Assembly (NCBI RefSeq): GCF_006345805.1
Contig: NC_043010.1
Span: 42,656,001 to 42,720,000 of the forward strand
Direction of reading: 5' to 3'
DNA length: 64,000 bases
Origin: Octopus sinensis
Taxonomy: Eukaryota
Positions 23,640-36,369 of the stretch are shown here, one piece after another (within the stretch, counting starts at the first letter, position 1; every line of letters starts with the position of its first letter). The notes beneath the pieces were generated by a model. That model was not told the origin of the DNA. It ran no database searches and saw only the letters and a program-made list of their open reading frames with translations. Both the position numbers and the translations under genes were made by a program.

Positions 23640-24222
23640 ATGTTACTCCATCAAATATAATATTTATTCATATTGTTTTGAATTAACCACGCATTAATCT
23701 CATAGCTTCAAGATTTTAATGATTGTTTGTTTTTAGAATGACATTGTAGGATAGTCCATCCCCTCCTCACCGTGGTGGGGACGCTGGCAACGGGTAGTGT
23801 CAGAGCTATGCCGTCGGGAACTTCGGTTCTTGGTAGGGCCACCAAAGGTAGATTGGTCTGACACTGAATGGTATTAGGGCCACAACCTGGCAGACGGGGC
23901 TCCTCGGTGAAAATCCTTGGAGTGTCTGCTTCGGCAACCGGCTGCTCCTCAGTCGTTCTGTCCCTGCGTCTGCGGACAATCTGCGGCAAACAGGATGTCT
24001 CCACATGCGGGATTGTTGGGGATTGCTTGTGAAATCCACATATTCCCACGAAACTTCTTCCATGAGTAGAAGAAGCCAACTCAACCCACCCAGGGTGAAT
24101 GTCACCACAAGTACAAGTAAGTAAGTATTGTAGGATAGGTGTGAAAGGCCAAATCTGGCCATTTTGAACATAAAACAGGCAAACTATTTAATCCTGATAT
24201 GGTTGGTTTAAATGTTAAAGGG
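23640..24222. mobile_element. piggyBac-type MITE interrupted by a retroposon
   Basis: Ends ...AAAGGG|TTAA (24223-24226). An inverted partial copy lies at ~25090-25270, and a related TTAA-ended MITE at ~23190-23322. Confidence 0.55.
23755..24126 (+). mobile_element. Young 372-bp non-autonomous RTE-derived retroposon (5'-UTR-like head plus TAAG-type tail)
   Basis: Perfect 12-bp TSD ATTGTAGGATAG (23743-23754 and 24127-24138); CAAGTACAAGTAAGTAAGT tail; CpG-rich; head block GAGCTATGCCG...GTAGGGCCACC resembles RTE/BovB 5' UTRs. Confidence 0.7.
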
Positions 24223-24547
24223 TTAAGGAAATATAGAAAGGAATGTTATTATTGTAAACTGAGGAAAGTCATCTGGTCATCAATGTTCTATTTTTTTAGG
24301 TGGACATTAATTCAATGCATTCTTCTTTTTTAAGATGGTATGGTGTGATTTAAGAAAAAATTTGCTGTAATTTGGTGTGATTTAAGAAAAAATTTGCTGT
24401 AATTTCTAGCACAGTAAATATCTATGCAGTGGTTCCTTTACTGGTATTTAGAACGGAATGATTAATTGTATTAGTACACAAAGAGTGAATCTTTAGCAAA
24501 GACCATCATTTGTAGAAGTCATTGAAAAATAAAGTGAATAAGGAAAT

Positions 24548-24695
24548 AATTGCAGGATAATGCTAATAATATCACATGAACATGATAAACTACCCATATT
24601 TTGCAGAAAAATGTGTCAGTGAGCCAACACATTTTTCTGCAATATATGGGTAGTTTATCCTGTTCATACGATATTATTAGCGTTATCCTGCAGTT
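24548..24695. repeat. Near-perfect hairpin, ~68-bp arms with a 10-nt loop
   Basis: TGCAGGATAATGCTAATAATATC...GCAGAAAAATGTGT / CAGTGAGCCA / ACACATTTTTCTGC...GATATTATTAGCGTTATCCTGCA. Confidence 0.9.
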
Positions 24696-25639
24696 GAGAA
24701 TAAAATTATTTCCTTATCTTTCAATACATCTCAGCGCTTCTAAAGCAAACTTTGCTTGTTTACTTTCATTGTAATTTGAATTTCAAGTAAAGTGAATATT
24801 TCACTGCAAAAAATATGAGAATATGGTTAACAGAAACTTCACTCGATCAAACTACTAGAAAGAGCAACCAAATTTCCCTCATATCACACCTTAACATCTG
24901 AAAAATAGTGTGTGCATGTGTGTTATCTGGCCTAAAAACTGGGTACATGTTTATGTAACCTATAGTTTGACAAACAGAGATCAGTGAAATAAGTATTGGT
25001 TGGTATGATTGTTTAAACCCCTGATGGCAAAGCCCCAGCATCCACAAACTGTCCAATGAATGAAACCAGTGAAAAAAGTAATAAAATGATGAATTTAGCA
25101 TTTAAACCAGCCATATCCAAGCCAAATATCCTACCTGTTTTATGTTCAAATGGACTAGATCAGGCTTTTCACACCTAGCCTACAATGTCATTCTAAAAAT
25201 AAATAATCATATCATCAAACTCTTGAAGCTACAAGATAATGCATGAATAATTTAAAACAATGTGAATTTACAGATTTTAAAGACAATCTTTGCATTAAAG
25301 ATTTTTTAAAAATCAAACACATTTATACTAAACTCGTAATTTAATTATGGAAAAAATAAGAAAATCATTTTAGTTATAAGCTACTTTTCATTATCATCAT
25401 TTCTGTGACCACCTTTCCATGCTGGCATGGACTGGAGTGAAACAGTTTGAATACAACATCTCTCTGCTTGTTATTGTCCCTGCATCATATCTTTCGTGAA
25501 ATCCAACATTCTAATATCAAAATGCTTCAGTCCCTTCTAAGTCTTCTTCCATCTTCCAATTTCACAGGCTCCTTCCTCCAACATAATTTGACATTTTTTT
25601 GCCATCAAATACACAAATTTTCTTTCAGTAACCTTATGT

Positions 25640-26920
25640 CTGACACACTAGCAAAAGTAGTTAAAAGAATTACAGTGAGGCTAATGCAAAACGGGAGTTA
25701 AGAGAGAGGTTGTTGAATGAAGAAAATGCATAGGAGAGACAAGGACTACTCCAAGAAAGAACAGCTGATAAACAACTACACAGCAATCAGGTGAAAATTT
25801 CCATCGAGATTATGAAGGCAGAGAAAGTAGCTGGATAATTCGGGAGACTCACTGAGATGCTGAAAACATCAGGCAAAGTAGAATGTGCACTAGTTGCTTG
25901 AACACTCAATCAAATATGACAAGGAAATGTCATTGCCAATAGCTGGTGTGGTAATATCATTGTCAACTGCTAGATGCCTTAGAGAGAAGAAAGCATTAAA
26001 CTGATGAACTCATCATCATCATCATCATCGTTTAACGTCCGCTTTCCATGCTAGCATGGGTTGGACGGTTCGACTGGGGTCTGGGAAGCCAGGAGGCTGC
26101 ACCAGGCCCAGTCTGATCTGGCAGTGTTTTTACAGCTGGATGCCCTTCCTAACGCCAACCACTCCGTGAGTGTAGTGGGTGCTTTTTACGTGCCAGGCGA
26201 GGCTGGCAACGGCCACGATCGGTTGGTGCTTTTTACGTGCCACCGGCACGGAGGCCAGTCAGGGCAGCGCTGGCAACGGCCATGTTCAGATGGTTCTTTT
26301 ACGTGCCACCGGCACTGGTATCACAACTACAATTTCCATTGATTTTTGAGCGATTTCGATTTCAAAGTTATGAAAATAGCAGAAAGGGTTACAGTAGAGC
26401 TAATTAGAAAGAGAATTAGCTTAAATGAGAAGCAGTTTAAGTTTGTGCCAGGAGAGGAATCCACTGATAGCCTCTTCTTAGAGAGACAACTATAAACATT
26501 CTTTGCAAAGAGAGAACCACTATACTGAGCATGTGAACCTAGGAAAGGCCACTCTCCATAGTTGAGTGTATGTTAACAAAGCTAGGAGTAGATGAATAGC
26601 TTGAGAGTTGTGCAAGCCATGTAAAGGGGTAACGTGAACAAGATGAGGGTTAGCAACACATTCAGTAAGAAATTTTGCATGTTAGTAAAGATCCAAAAGC
26701 GTTCAATTTTCAACCCCTGTTGTTTATTACAGTTCACCAGACTGTAACAGTGGTTCAAGATTAAACTGTCCATGGGAACCCTGTATTCTGACAACATAGT
26801 TCTCATAGCTGAGTCAGGCAAACAATTAGTGGAAAAGCTGACAACATAAAAGCAGTGCTGAGAATCAAGAGATATAAATATAAACTTAGCAAAGAAAAAG
26901 TTTTAGTTAACAGCAAACAA
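25640..26920 (+). mobile_element. Old RTE reverse-transcriptase fragment, interrupted by a younger RTE tail (26012-26360, minus strand)
   Basis: Remnants LTEMLKTSGK, LNEKQFKFVPG, KLGVDE*L, NPLLFITV with many stops. The (CAT)n-led tail copy splits it. Confidence 0.65.
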
Positions 26921-27035
26921 TACAGCAACTCTGCCAAATCAAGATTGGAGCCTGGTGCAGCCATCTGGTTTGCCAGCCCACAGTCAAATCGTCCAACCCA
27001 TGCTAGCATGGAAAGCAGACGTTAAACGATAATGA

Positions 27036-27075
<40 letters not shown>

Positions 27076-27249
27076 CAATAATTATTGTTGTATTTCAGAA
27101 TGGTCATTTTGCCAGTTTAGCCAATATATAAACGTATAACAATAATGATATTTTTATATAAGCTTAAAGTTTATGGTGATCACGTACAATGACTAAGGAA
27201 AGTAGTCAAATAAAGGGGCATAAATATATATATATCTTGTTATATATAT

Positions 27250-27564
27250 ATGGCTTAGTGGTTAGGGTATTCGGCTCACGATCGTAAGGTTGTGAGTTTG
27301 ATTCCCGGTATCACATTGTGTCCTTGAGCAAGACACTTTATTTCACGTTGCTCCAAGTCCACTCAGCTGGCAAAAATGAGTAGTACCTGTATTTCAAAAA
27401 AGGGCCAGCCTTGTCACACTGTGTCATGCTGAATCTCCTTGCGAATTATGTTATGTGTACATGTGTCTGTGGAATGCTCAGCCACTTGCACATTAATTTC
27501 ATGAGCAAGCTGTTCCATTGATCATATCAGCTGGAACCCTCTTCAGCGTAACTGATGGAGTGCT

Positions 27565-27566
<2 letters not shown>
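27250..27566 (+). mobile_element. tRNA-derived SINE (third family)
   Basis: A-box TGGCTTAGTGG, B-box-like GTTTGATTCC, then CCTTGAGCAAGACACTT core-like block. Confidence 0.75.
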
Positions 27567-27606
<40 letters not shown>

Positions 27607-27639
27607 GATTTTGCTGATGTGTGAAGTCAGAAAGATAGG

Positions 27640-28590
27640 CCTATAGTTTTTGGCATCTGCTCTGCTCCCCTCTTTATGGATTGGGCATATTATTCCCTCC
27701 TTCGACTTGCTTAGCAGTCTGCAATTGCAAGAAAGCTCTGGAAGAGAATCTGGAGGGGTTTTGCCAGGGTATGCTTACACGATTTGACGAAGATTGCTGG
27801 GAAACTATCAGGACCAGCAGTTGAGTTTGTGTCCACTTCATCTATGGCTAGTAGTATAACTTCTTTACTAATGTCAATGTATTCCATCGTAACTGCTTCG
27901 TTGGTTATAGGTGAGGCAGCAAAGAAGTCCACTGGTTCGTTCACTTGTCTGTGTTCCAACAGGGTGGTAAAGACACTTTTGAACTGGTCATTTAGTACCT
28001 CACTGATCCTAGTTGGACTGTCTGTGAGGAAACCATCCTTTTGGAAGAGGGGTCCTATCTTGCAGTGTACTGAGGCTGTTTCTTTCGCATGATGAAAGAA
28101 GGCCTTTGAGTTTGGATCCATTTTTGGATCGATTTCCAGTCTGCTTTGTGGAAGTTCAAATTGGAGAGATTTCGGGTGCTTCCTTTAGGCTGTATGTCTC
28201 TGGTTACTTTCAGCCCAAACATACAGCTCTATTATGTTGTGATCCAAGACTAATGTTGGCATCACTTTCACATCATGAATGATGTCCATATTGTTTGTGA
28301 AGCAAAGATCCAGAATGTTATTCACCCTAGTTAGTCTGAGTACAGCTTGCTCCATGAATAGGGCATTGGTGAGGTTGTGCACATACCGAATTTAAATATG
28401 ACAGTAAGACCTGGGGTGTGAGGTCATCATGGATGTATACAGCAACTCCACCATGGCTCCTTTCCCTTTTGTCTGTTTGCAGTATGGCATATTTTGGTAT
28501 GTGTACTTCTGCATCCTCTATGCATAAGGCTTGATTGCATGCAGCAAGGTCTCTCAGGAAAGAAATTTTGCTTTTATTATGATGCAACAG
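27640..28590 (-). mobile_element. CR1-like LINE ORF2 fragment (endonuclease to RT linker)
   Basis: SHGGVAVYIHD, TRVNNILDLCFTN, LNDQFKSVFT and AGPDSFPAIFVKSCKHTLAKPLQILF. Confidence 0.85.
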
Positions 28591-29823
28591 GCTCCCAATA
28601 TTTAGTAAAAATATTAGCGTGACAACTATACAAGCATTAGGAGAGGCCAGCCCGTGTCTGTTGACTGTGGTGGTCTTGCACAGTGGAGGGCTAAAAGTGA
28701 AGGGTTAAAAGTTGAAACAGAGTTAGTGTTCTTGTTTGCATTCAGTTTAGACATTCATTTGCTCTGTTCAGCACTAGCCTTATTTCGTCGGAGGAGTAAC
28801 GTAACACCTTTTGATTGTTTACTGCTATCTGATAGTTTGTCAGCTGCACCATGCCACTTGTCTGATCCGATTATATTTGTTGTCATTGCTCTGTGATCTG
28901 ATTTACCTTGAATATCTCAATTTGTGACACAAGTTCTAATTGAACGCTGATCTCCAGGGAATAACCACTGCTTTGCTGTTAATGTCCCTTACATGTGTCA
29001 TTAGTAATTATCTCATTGCAAGCTTCACTACGTTATTGTACAGTAAGTTTTGGCAGAGTAAATACATCTGTAAATAAATTCAAAGGATTTTTATTCCCAA
29101 TAACAGAGTCGAAAGATAATCTATCAAAATGTGTTCAGCGATAATTTACCATTAGTGAAAAATTGAGTGCTATTAAACGAGTGAAAGAACATTCTGGCAA
29201 TTTATCTGCTGCGTCAAGAGACTTAGGTATCGATAGAAAACAATTGAGAGAATGGTGCACAAAAGAAACTGAGTTAATTAATATATCAGACAAGAGGAGG
29301 CACAGATCAATTGGTGGAGGTAGAGGACCAGTACATAGGGATCTAGAGCTTGAACTCTTACAGTGGATTGTTGTTCAGCATGCAAACAATATAATTGTAA
29401 ATTATCATCGTTTACAGAAATATGCTTTTGAATTGGTAAAAAGGTTTGGAATTGTGGAATTGAAATGAACAGCTTTAGATGTTCTGATAAATGAATTTTC
29501 AATTTCATGAAACAGAATAAACTGACTGTGAGAAAGATTACACATGTTGGTCAAGCAGACAATAAAACACTTGGAGAAAAGGTACAAATCACCAGTGACT
29601 ATCTAGATAGCATTCCAGTATTAACAGCAGATAAGGATGCTGACCAGATTTATAATATGGATGAAATACCTAAAACAACGTTGACATGTAGAGTTCAACA
29701 ACCATAGACTTTGTTGACAATAAAAATGTAGATGCTAGCCACTGTGGTGCTACCAAAGCTCGTTTTACTGCTGTGTTGTATTAATGCTGCAGGAGAGGTG
29801 TTGAAAACAATGATTATCCTTAA

Positions 29824-30042
29824 CCCTTTTTTACTGTATTTATTTTGAGATGCTTTGTGTTTCTTTCAATTATTTTAAATATAACAAAGAATTTAATAAA
29901 ATAACTTAGTTATCATTCAGCTAGTGTTAGGAGCATAAATTGTGGCTAAGGTTTGGTGGAAGATTTTAATTCAAAACTTATAAAAACAAGACATTTATAC
30001 TCGGAGTCAGAGCCAGTTTCAGCCGGGTTGGTAACAAAAGGG
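29824..30042. mobile_element. piggyBac-type MITE inside the pogo ORF
   Basis: TTAA|CCCTTT...AAAGGG|TTAA; removing it restores the pogo reading MIILKELKNVPK. Confidence 0.9.
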
Positions 30043-30770
30043 TTAAAGAATTGAAAAACGTGCCTAAAATCAAGGTCCCAAAGAATATTTACTTAACAGT
30101 CTCCAACAGGAGATCAATGCAGCTGTGGGCTGACAAAGTGTTTGGGCAGTGAACAGCACAACTATTCCATGCTCAAAATTCAGTGCTACTCATGCTCAGT
30201 GCACAAGAAAACAGAGCTCATACAAGTGCTCAAACGTAGGAATGCAATTTTCAAACTTATACCGCCTAACTTAAGTCAAACTTATACCTCCTAAAACATC
30301 TTACTTGTAGCCATTAGATGTATCAGTTATTGGTCCTTTCAAGAAAGCCCTTCATGCTGAATGGGAGAATTGGTTTTCAAATGGCAAAAAGGAGTATACA
30401 AATAAAAGATATCGCAACAAACCTTCTTATAAAGAGATAGTGACGCAAGCTGTTGCCACTTTAAATAAAGAAACAATAAAGCGTGCATTTTGAATGTTGT
30501 GGAATTGATGCTCACGGACAGACTGTAGAGCAAAGCCTCTTAAACTCACACTTACAGGATGTTTTGTCTGACCTTGAGGTAAATGCGCCAGATGCACATA
30601 ATGACAAAACTGAAGAAGATGAGATACAAGTAAGTGAAATTCACTCTGATGTGAATTATGGCCAAGCAACAGATGAAGAAATTCATGATATTTAACTTGA
30701 AACTATTCAGTTATTTTTCGTTTTGGGATTTGGTTTGCAAGATTCTTTATATGAGTTCGTGTGTTGAAGC

Positions 30771-30961
30771 ATATTCTGTTGTGTCTGGGGAGAGTCATTC
30801 TCTTTTAGTGCCTTATTATTTAAGACACTCACCGGTAAAATTTCCACTTCTTTCTTTTTTTTTTTTTTTCTAAATAAGAAATAAATGGAAATTTTACCAG
30901 TGACTGTATTAAATAATAAGGCACTAAAAGAGAATGACTCTCCCCAGACACAACAGAATAT
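30771..30961. repeat. Inverted repeat with ~76-bp arms around a T-rich spacer
   Basis: ATATTCTGTTGTGTCTGGGGAGAGTCATTCTC...AAAATTTCCA and its reverse complement at 30886-30961. Confidence 0.9.
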
Positions 30962-31537
30962 TCAGTTATTATTCTACCATAAATGCCCAAGGATATTATT
31001 TGTTCATACAAGGTCTCTATTCATGTTATCAACAGTTTAATTTTCAATATTTCCTAATAGATCCATTGTTAACTTCAGAATATTTTTTAACATGCTACTT
31101 CTTTTAAGGCTGTTTCAGTTTCTTTGTGTCTATATATCCGATAACTGAAATGATAGAAGTTCAATGGAATTGTATAAAATAAATATGATTTTAGAGAATA
31201 TTGTTGTTTTTTCCTAGGTGAAATATTTTACTTCCATATTACCACCCATAAGCGCTTATGGGCAGTTATTTAAGCCGAAAAATAGATTTATAAAATAGAA
31301 TTTTCCGTTTAACAGCCCTCGGTGGATTTTCAGAAAAACCCGGTATATACGTACACTTATATACATATACACACACATGTATATTTTCTCTCTTTATTTT
31401 CTCTCCTTGTTTCTTTCTGTAGAAGAGCATAGGCTCGACATGTTAAAGACTTTTCCACTTCTCAAGCATTATACTAATACATCTGTTTGTTGTCCACACA
31501 CCTGTTTTCGTCTTTTAATTTTTTGTGAATTCACCCT

Positions 31538-31964
31538 ATATATATATATATAATATATATATATATTATATATTACATATACATATAATATACATATCAT
31601 ATATATACATATAATATATATATATATACATGTATATATAATACATAAATATATATATACAATATATAATGTACATATATATATATATACATTATATGCA
31701 TATATTTACATATATATAACATATATATACATAATATAACATATATATACATATATATGCCTATATATACATATATATATGCATATATATACATATACAT
31801 ATTATATACATAACATGTATATATATACATATACATGTATATATACATACATATACATGTATATATACATACATATTACATGTATATATATATATATGAT
31901 ATACACTATATATATATATATATATATAATACAGATATATAATATATTATATATACATATACAT

Positions 31965-31997
<33 letters not shown>

Positions 31998-32130
31998 CAT
32001 AATCTATATATATATATATATATATAATATATCCTACATATATATATATATATAGATATATATATATATATATATAATATATATATTATATATATATATA
32101 TATATTATATACACATATATACACATATAC
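31538..32130. repeat. Long degenerate (TA)n/(CA)n array
   Basis: Directly visible; further arrays at 32422-32515 and 32750-32975. Confidence 0.95.
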
Positions 32131-32142
32131 ATGTAAGATATA

Positions 32143-32390
32143 TATTGTGAAATATATTTGCCACTTGAATGTGGCTAACCTTAAGGGTGGACGCTACTGT
32201 AGCTTGTAGCCCAGCAGGACACCTCCTCCAGCTGGCTATTGACACACTTTCTGTGCCCTATCAGGGCTATAAGGCTGTGCCCTAACAAGGCACAGAAAGT
32301 GTGTCAATAGCCAGCTGGAGGAGATATGCTACAGTAGCATCCCCGCTTAAGGGTTAGCCACATTTAAGTGGCAAATATACTTCACGATAT
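32143..32390. mobile_element. Palindromic MITE
   Basis: TATATTTGCCACTTGAATGTGGCTAACC...CTCCTCCAGCTGGCTATTGACACACTTTCTGTGCC mirrored by GGCACAGAAAG...GGTTAGCCACATTTAAGTGGCAAATATA, set in TA runs. Confidence 0.8.
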
Positions 32391-32432
32391 CATGCAGCTA
32401 CTATTTATACCTCGCTCAGAGATTTATTATTG

Positions 32433-32514
<82 letters not shown>

Positions 32515-32516
<2 letters not shown>

Positions 32517-32744
32517 CATCATCATCATCGTTTAACGTCCGTTTTCCGCGCTAGCACGGGTTGGACGGTTTCGACCGGGGTCTGGGGAGCTCGGGACTGC
32601 CCCAGGCTCCAGTCTAGTCTGGCAGTGTTTCTACAGCTGGATGCCCTTCCTAACGCCAACCACTCCGCGAGTGTAGTGGGTGTTTTTTACGTGCCACCTG
32701 CACAGGTGCCAGAGGGGTCTGGCATCGGCCACGTTCGGATGGTG

Positions 32745-32748
<4 letters not shown>
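32515..32748 (-). mobile_element. RTE 3'-UTR retroposon copy
   Basis: (CAT)n followed by CGTTTAACGTCC...GGATGCCCTTCCTAACGCC, inserted in a TA array. Confidence 0.85.
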
Positions 32749-32776
<28 letters not shown>

Positions 32777-32803
32777 CATACATATATATATGTATATATA
32801 TAT

Positions 32804-32920
<117 letters not shown>

Positions 32921-32926
32921 CATATA

Positions 32927-32976
<50 letters not shown>

Positions 32977-33159
32977 CAGAGAGACATGACAGAAGCAAAT
33001 AGATACCCTATAAAACATCATTTTATGTTTATTTTAGCTTGAAAAAGTTTATAGTTTTTATTAATTGACATTTTTATGTTTCAGGTTCTATATGACTATT
33101 TTATCATGCCACATACAAAATAAACCTTGGAACAGGTGTGCTAACATATCTGCCAGCTC

Positions 33160-35122
33160 GCCGCTAGCTGATACTATATTTCTGGTAAGGCAACTGCAGG
33201 AGAGAAACCTAGACAAAGATAAACCTCTGTACTTGGCTTTTGTTGGCTTGCAGAAGGCCTTTGACAGGATCCCCCGACCCTTATCTGGTGGTCAGTGCAG
33301 AAACTAAGGATAGACGAGTGGTTGGTAAAAGCTGTACAGGCCCTGCACAAGGATGCTGTCAGTAAGGTGAAGGTTGGCAATGAGTATAGTGAAGAATTCT
33401 GGGTAGAGGGAGGAATTCACCAAGGATCAGTCCTCAGTCCCCTCTTATTCATCATAGTCCTCAAGGCAATAACAGAGAAATTCAAGACAGGCTACCCCTG
33501 GAAGCTCCTCTATGCTGATGACCCTGCTCCAATAGCTGAGTCACTACGAGAACTATAAATGAAATTTCAAATGTGGAAGCAAGGTCTAGAATCGAAGGGC
33601 CTTAGAGTCAGTCTAGCAAAAACCAAAGTCCTAGTAAATAGGAAGGCAGAAAATCACAAATCTCTTCAGGTAGATGGCTCTGCTCAATCTGTAGAGAAGG
33701 CATAGGTAGAAACTGCATAAGATATACCCAGTGTAAGCTATGGGAACATAAGAAGTGCAGCAATATCAAAGGAAGGTTAACCAGGAAGAGAGGTTTTGTG
33801 TGTGGTAGATGCACAGGGGCAATAAACACCAAAGATGTACAGAAAACAGATTCCATCACATGCCAGGGGGAGGAACTAGAAGTAGTTGATAGCTTCTGCT
33901 ACTTGTATGACCAAGTTTGTAGAGGGGGTGATTGCTCTGAGAGTGTTGCCACTAGAAAAAGAAAAGCCTGAGCAAAGTTCAGAGAGCTCCATCCTCTGTT
34001 GGAAACAAAGGGCCTTTTCCTCAGAGTGAAAGGTAGACAGTATTGATGCATGTGTGCGAACAGCCATGCTACACAGCAGTGAAACATGGGCTGTGACTGC
34101 TGAAGACATGCGTAGGCTTGAAAGAAATGAAGCTAGTATGATCTGCTGGATGTGTAGTGTCAGTGTGCATACCCAACAGAGTATAAGCGCCCTGAGAGAA
34201 ATGTTGGACATAAGAAGCATCAGATGTGGTGTGCAAGAGAGAGAACTGCACTGGTGTGGTCAAGTGCTGTGTATGGATGAGGAGAGCTGTGTAAAGAAGT
34301 ACCACACGCTAACAGTGGAAGGAACTTGTGAAAGAGGGAGACCCAGAAAGACATGAGATGAGGTGGTGAAGCACGACCTTCACACATTGGGCCTCCCAGA
34401 GGCAATGACAAGAGACTGAGACCTTTGGAGATATGCTGTGATTGAGAAGAGCCAGCAAGTAAAATGCGACCACAGACATGGCTGATACCAATGTCACATA
34501 ACCAGCCCATTTAAAAGTACCCTTGAATCGTCAGTGATATGCTATGCTTGAGAAGACCTGTTGAGTCAAGTGAAATAAAATCGTGGCCAATGACACGGCA
34601 AGTAAAGCAAGATCACAGCCATGACTGATATCAGTGTAGCATAACCAGCCCATTAAATGAATCATTGGGCAATACGCTGTGCCTGAGTAGACCTATTAAG
34701 TTAAGCATAATTGAAATCAAAATGGAAATCATAGTTGTGGCCGATGCCACTGCCGCCTGACTGGTACCTGCGCTGGTGGCACGTAATAAGCACCATTCAA
34801 GCATGGGTCAATGCCAATGCAGCCTAACTGCCTCCCCATGACAGTGCCCCCTGACTGGCTCCTGTGCCAGTGGCATGTAAATAGCACCATCTGAGCATAG
34901 TTGATGCCAGAGCTGCCTGACTGGCTCCCATGCTGGTGGCACATAAAAAGCACCCACTACTACAGTCTTGGAGTGGTTGACATTAGGAAGGGCATCCAGC
35001 TGTAGAAAATGTGGCAGATCAGATTGGAACCTGGTGCAGCCTACTGGCTTGCCAGTCTTCAGACAAACCATCCAAGGCATGCCAGCATAGAAACGGACAT
35101 TAAACAATGATGATGATGATGA
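33160..35122 (+). mobile_element. 5'-truncated RTE LINE (RT domains 3-7, Cys-rich insert, 3' UTR and (GAT)n tail)
   Basis: LAFVGLQKAFDRIP, GIHQGSVLSPLLF, LLYADD, C..C..C..W.HKKC insert, MLHSSETW, RGRPRKT*DEVV, then the shared UTR. Confidence 0.9.
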
Positions 35123-35167
35123 ATGTATGCATACATGTATATGTATATGTGTGAGTGTATATATATA

Positions 35168-35500
35168 CTAGCAGCATAGCCCAGCGTTGCCCGGGTATGT
35201 AAGAACCCCTAGTAGGCAATGACTTGCGGCTGCAGCTGCGATTAGCAGAGGTATGCTAAGGTTATGTTGTCTGGTCATGTTTTCTCTCGTTGACTGCTTG
35301 AAGTGGCAGAATTTATAAATTTTTTTCAGAACTGGGGGAACTTTTCAAAATTTTCGCTGCGTTAGTTTTGAATTATGACATTGGGCTATGTGTGTGTCAA
35401 GTTTCATCAGAATCGGTTGAAAGCCATGGTCAAGGTGAGGGTACAACCTGACAGACACACAGACACACAGACAGACAACTTGCCTTTTATATAGAGAAGA
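35168..35500 (-). mobile_element. Non-autonomous Helitron
   Basis: Minus strand A|TCTTCTCTATATAAAAGG...GTCTGTCTG 5' end; CCCGGGCAACGCTGGG hairpin plus CTAG|T 3' end. Confidence 0.8.
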
Positions 35501-36369
35501 TATATCAGTATGAATATCTATACATACATACATATGTATGGTGTCTATTTGCTTCTTGCAGAGTTTGACCTTTTCTTGTCCCGGCATTAGATCACAAATC
35601 ACTTTTGAGCCCTGAAAGGTGTTTGAAGAGCTGATCACATATACTGCAGTAGCTACATTTCCCATTCATCTATTAAGAATTTTTAAGTGTCACTTCAATC
35701 TTCCATGTGACTTGCAGATTTTTTGACAGACATTGCATTGAAAACTGCTCATCCAGAACGAGATTCCAATGGTTCATGTATACCATGCCCACACTGGCAT
35801 GCTGGTTCACCAGCATGAAATATGCATATTTTTGTGGGGTTTTGGATATGAACAACAAAAAGCATTTAAGATGATACCCAATTACTAAAACCAGTAAACC
35901 TTTGTTTCTAATTTAAGAGTAATGAACCCATCATCTCCTGGGTTACTTAGAAATGCATTACTTTGTACAAGTCTAGAAATAAGACATGTGAAGTCAATCA
36001 GGTATCAAACAAATCAAAACAATGTAGATGGTAAATATTGGTTTCAAATTTTGACACAAAGCCAGCAAGTTTGGAGGATGGGGAATTAATTGATTACATC
36101 AAGCCCAGTGATCAACTGGTACTTATTTTATCAACCCAGAAAAAGGATGAAAAATCAAAGTCAATCTCAGCAGAATTTGAGCTCAGAATGTAAAAACTGA
36201 AGAAACAACATTATGTATTTTTGTCTGATGTGCTGACAATTCTGCTAGATTAATGCCTTGTAGATGGTAAATATGAAAACCATTTCCTCACTAAATATAA
36301 AACTAAAAGTCAAAAAAATTTTGATCCAAAAAATAGGCCACCTCCCTCTCTGCTATATTCAGATTCAGT

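Larger units (their letters stand above)
29129..31345 (+). mobile_element. Defective pogo-family transposon (Brinker-type HTH, CENP-B HTH, DDE_1)
   Basis: TISEKLSAIKRV..LGIDRKQLREW, TVRKITHVGQ, IYNMDEIP, *PLDVSVIGPFKKAL, IKRAF-CCGI. Probable right TIR ...GAAAAACCCGG|TA at 31345. Left end not found. Confidence 0.85.

Noticed and set aside
27250-27330. tRNA gene candidates (also SINE heads at 10646, 16700 and 21753)
   Set aside because: A/B boxes are present but there is no complete cloverleaf, and each continues into a SINE body.
30785-30815. CTGGGGA-GAG/CTC stem resembling a hammerhead half
   Set aside because: Followed by TTTT rather than GAAA on both arms.
31412-31449. Hammerhead-like CTGTAGAA-GAGC/GCTC-GACA
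   Set aside because: Core G12-A13-A14 and A6 are mutated; not a supportable ribozyme.
35570-35858. C2H2-like string CSICDQLFKHLSGLKS on the minus strand, suggesting a second zinc-finger gene
   Set aside because: Lacks the histidines, is surrounded by stops, and more likely is the decayed C-terminal finger of an RTE ORF2.
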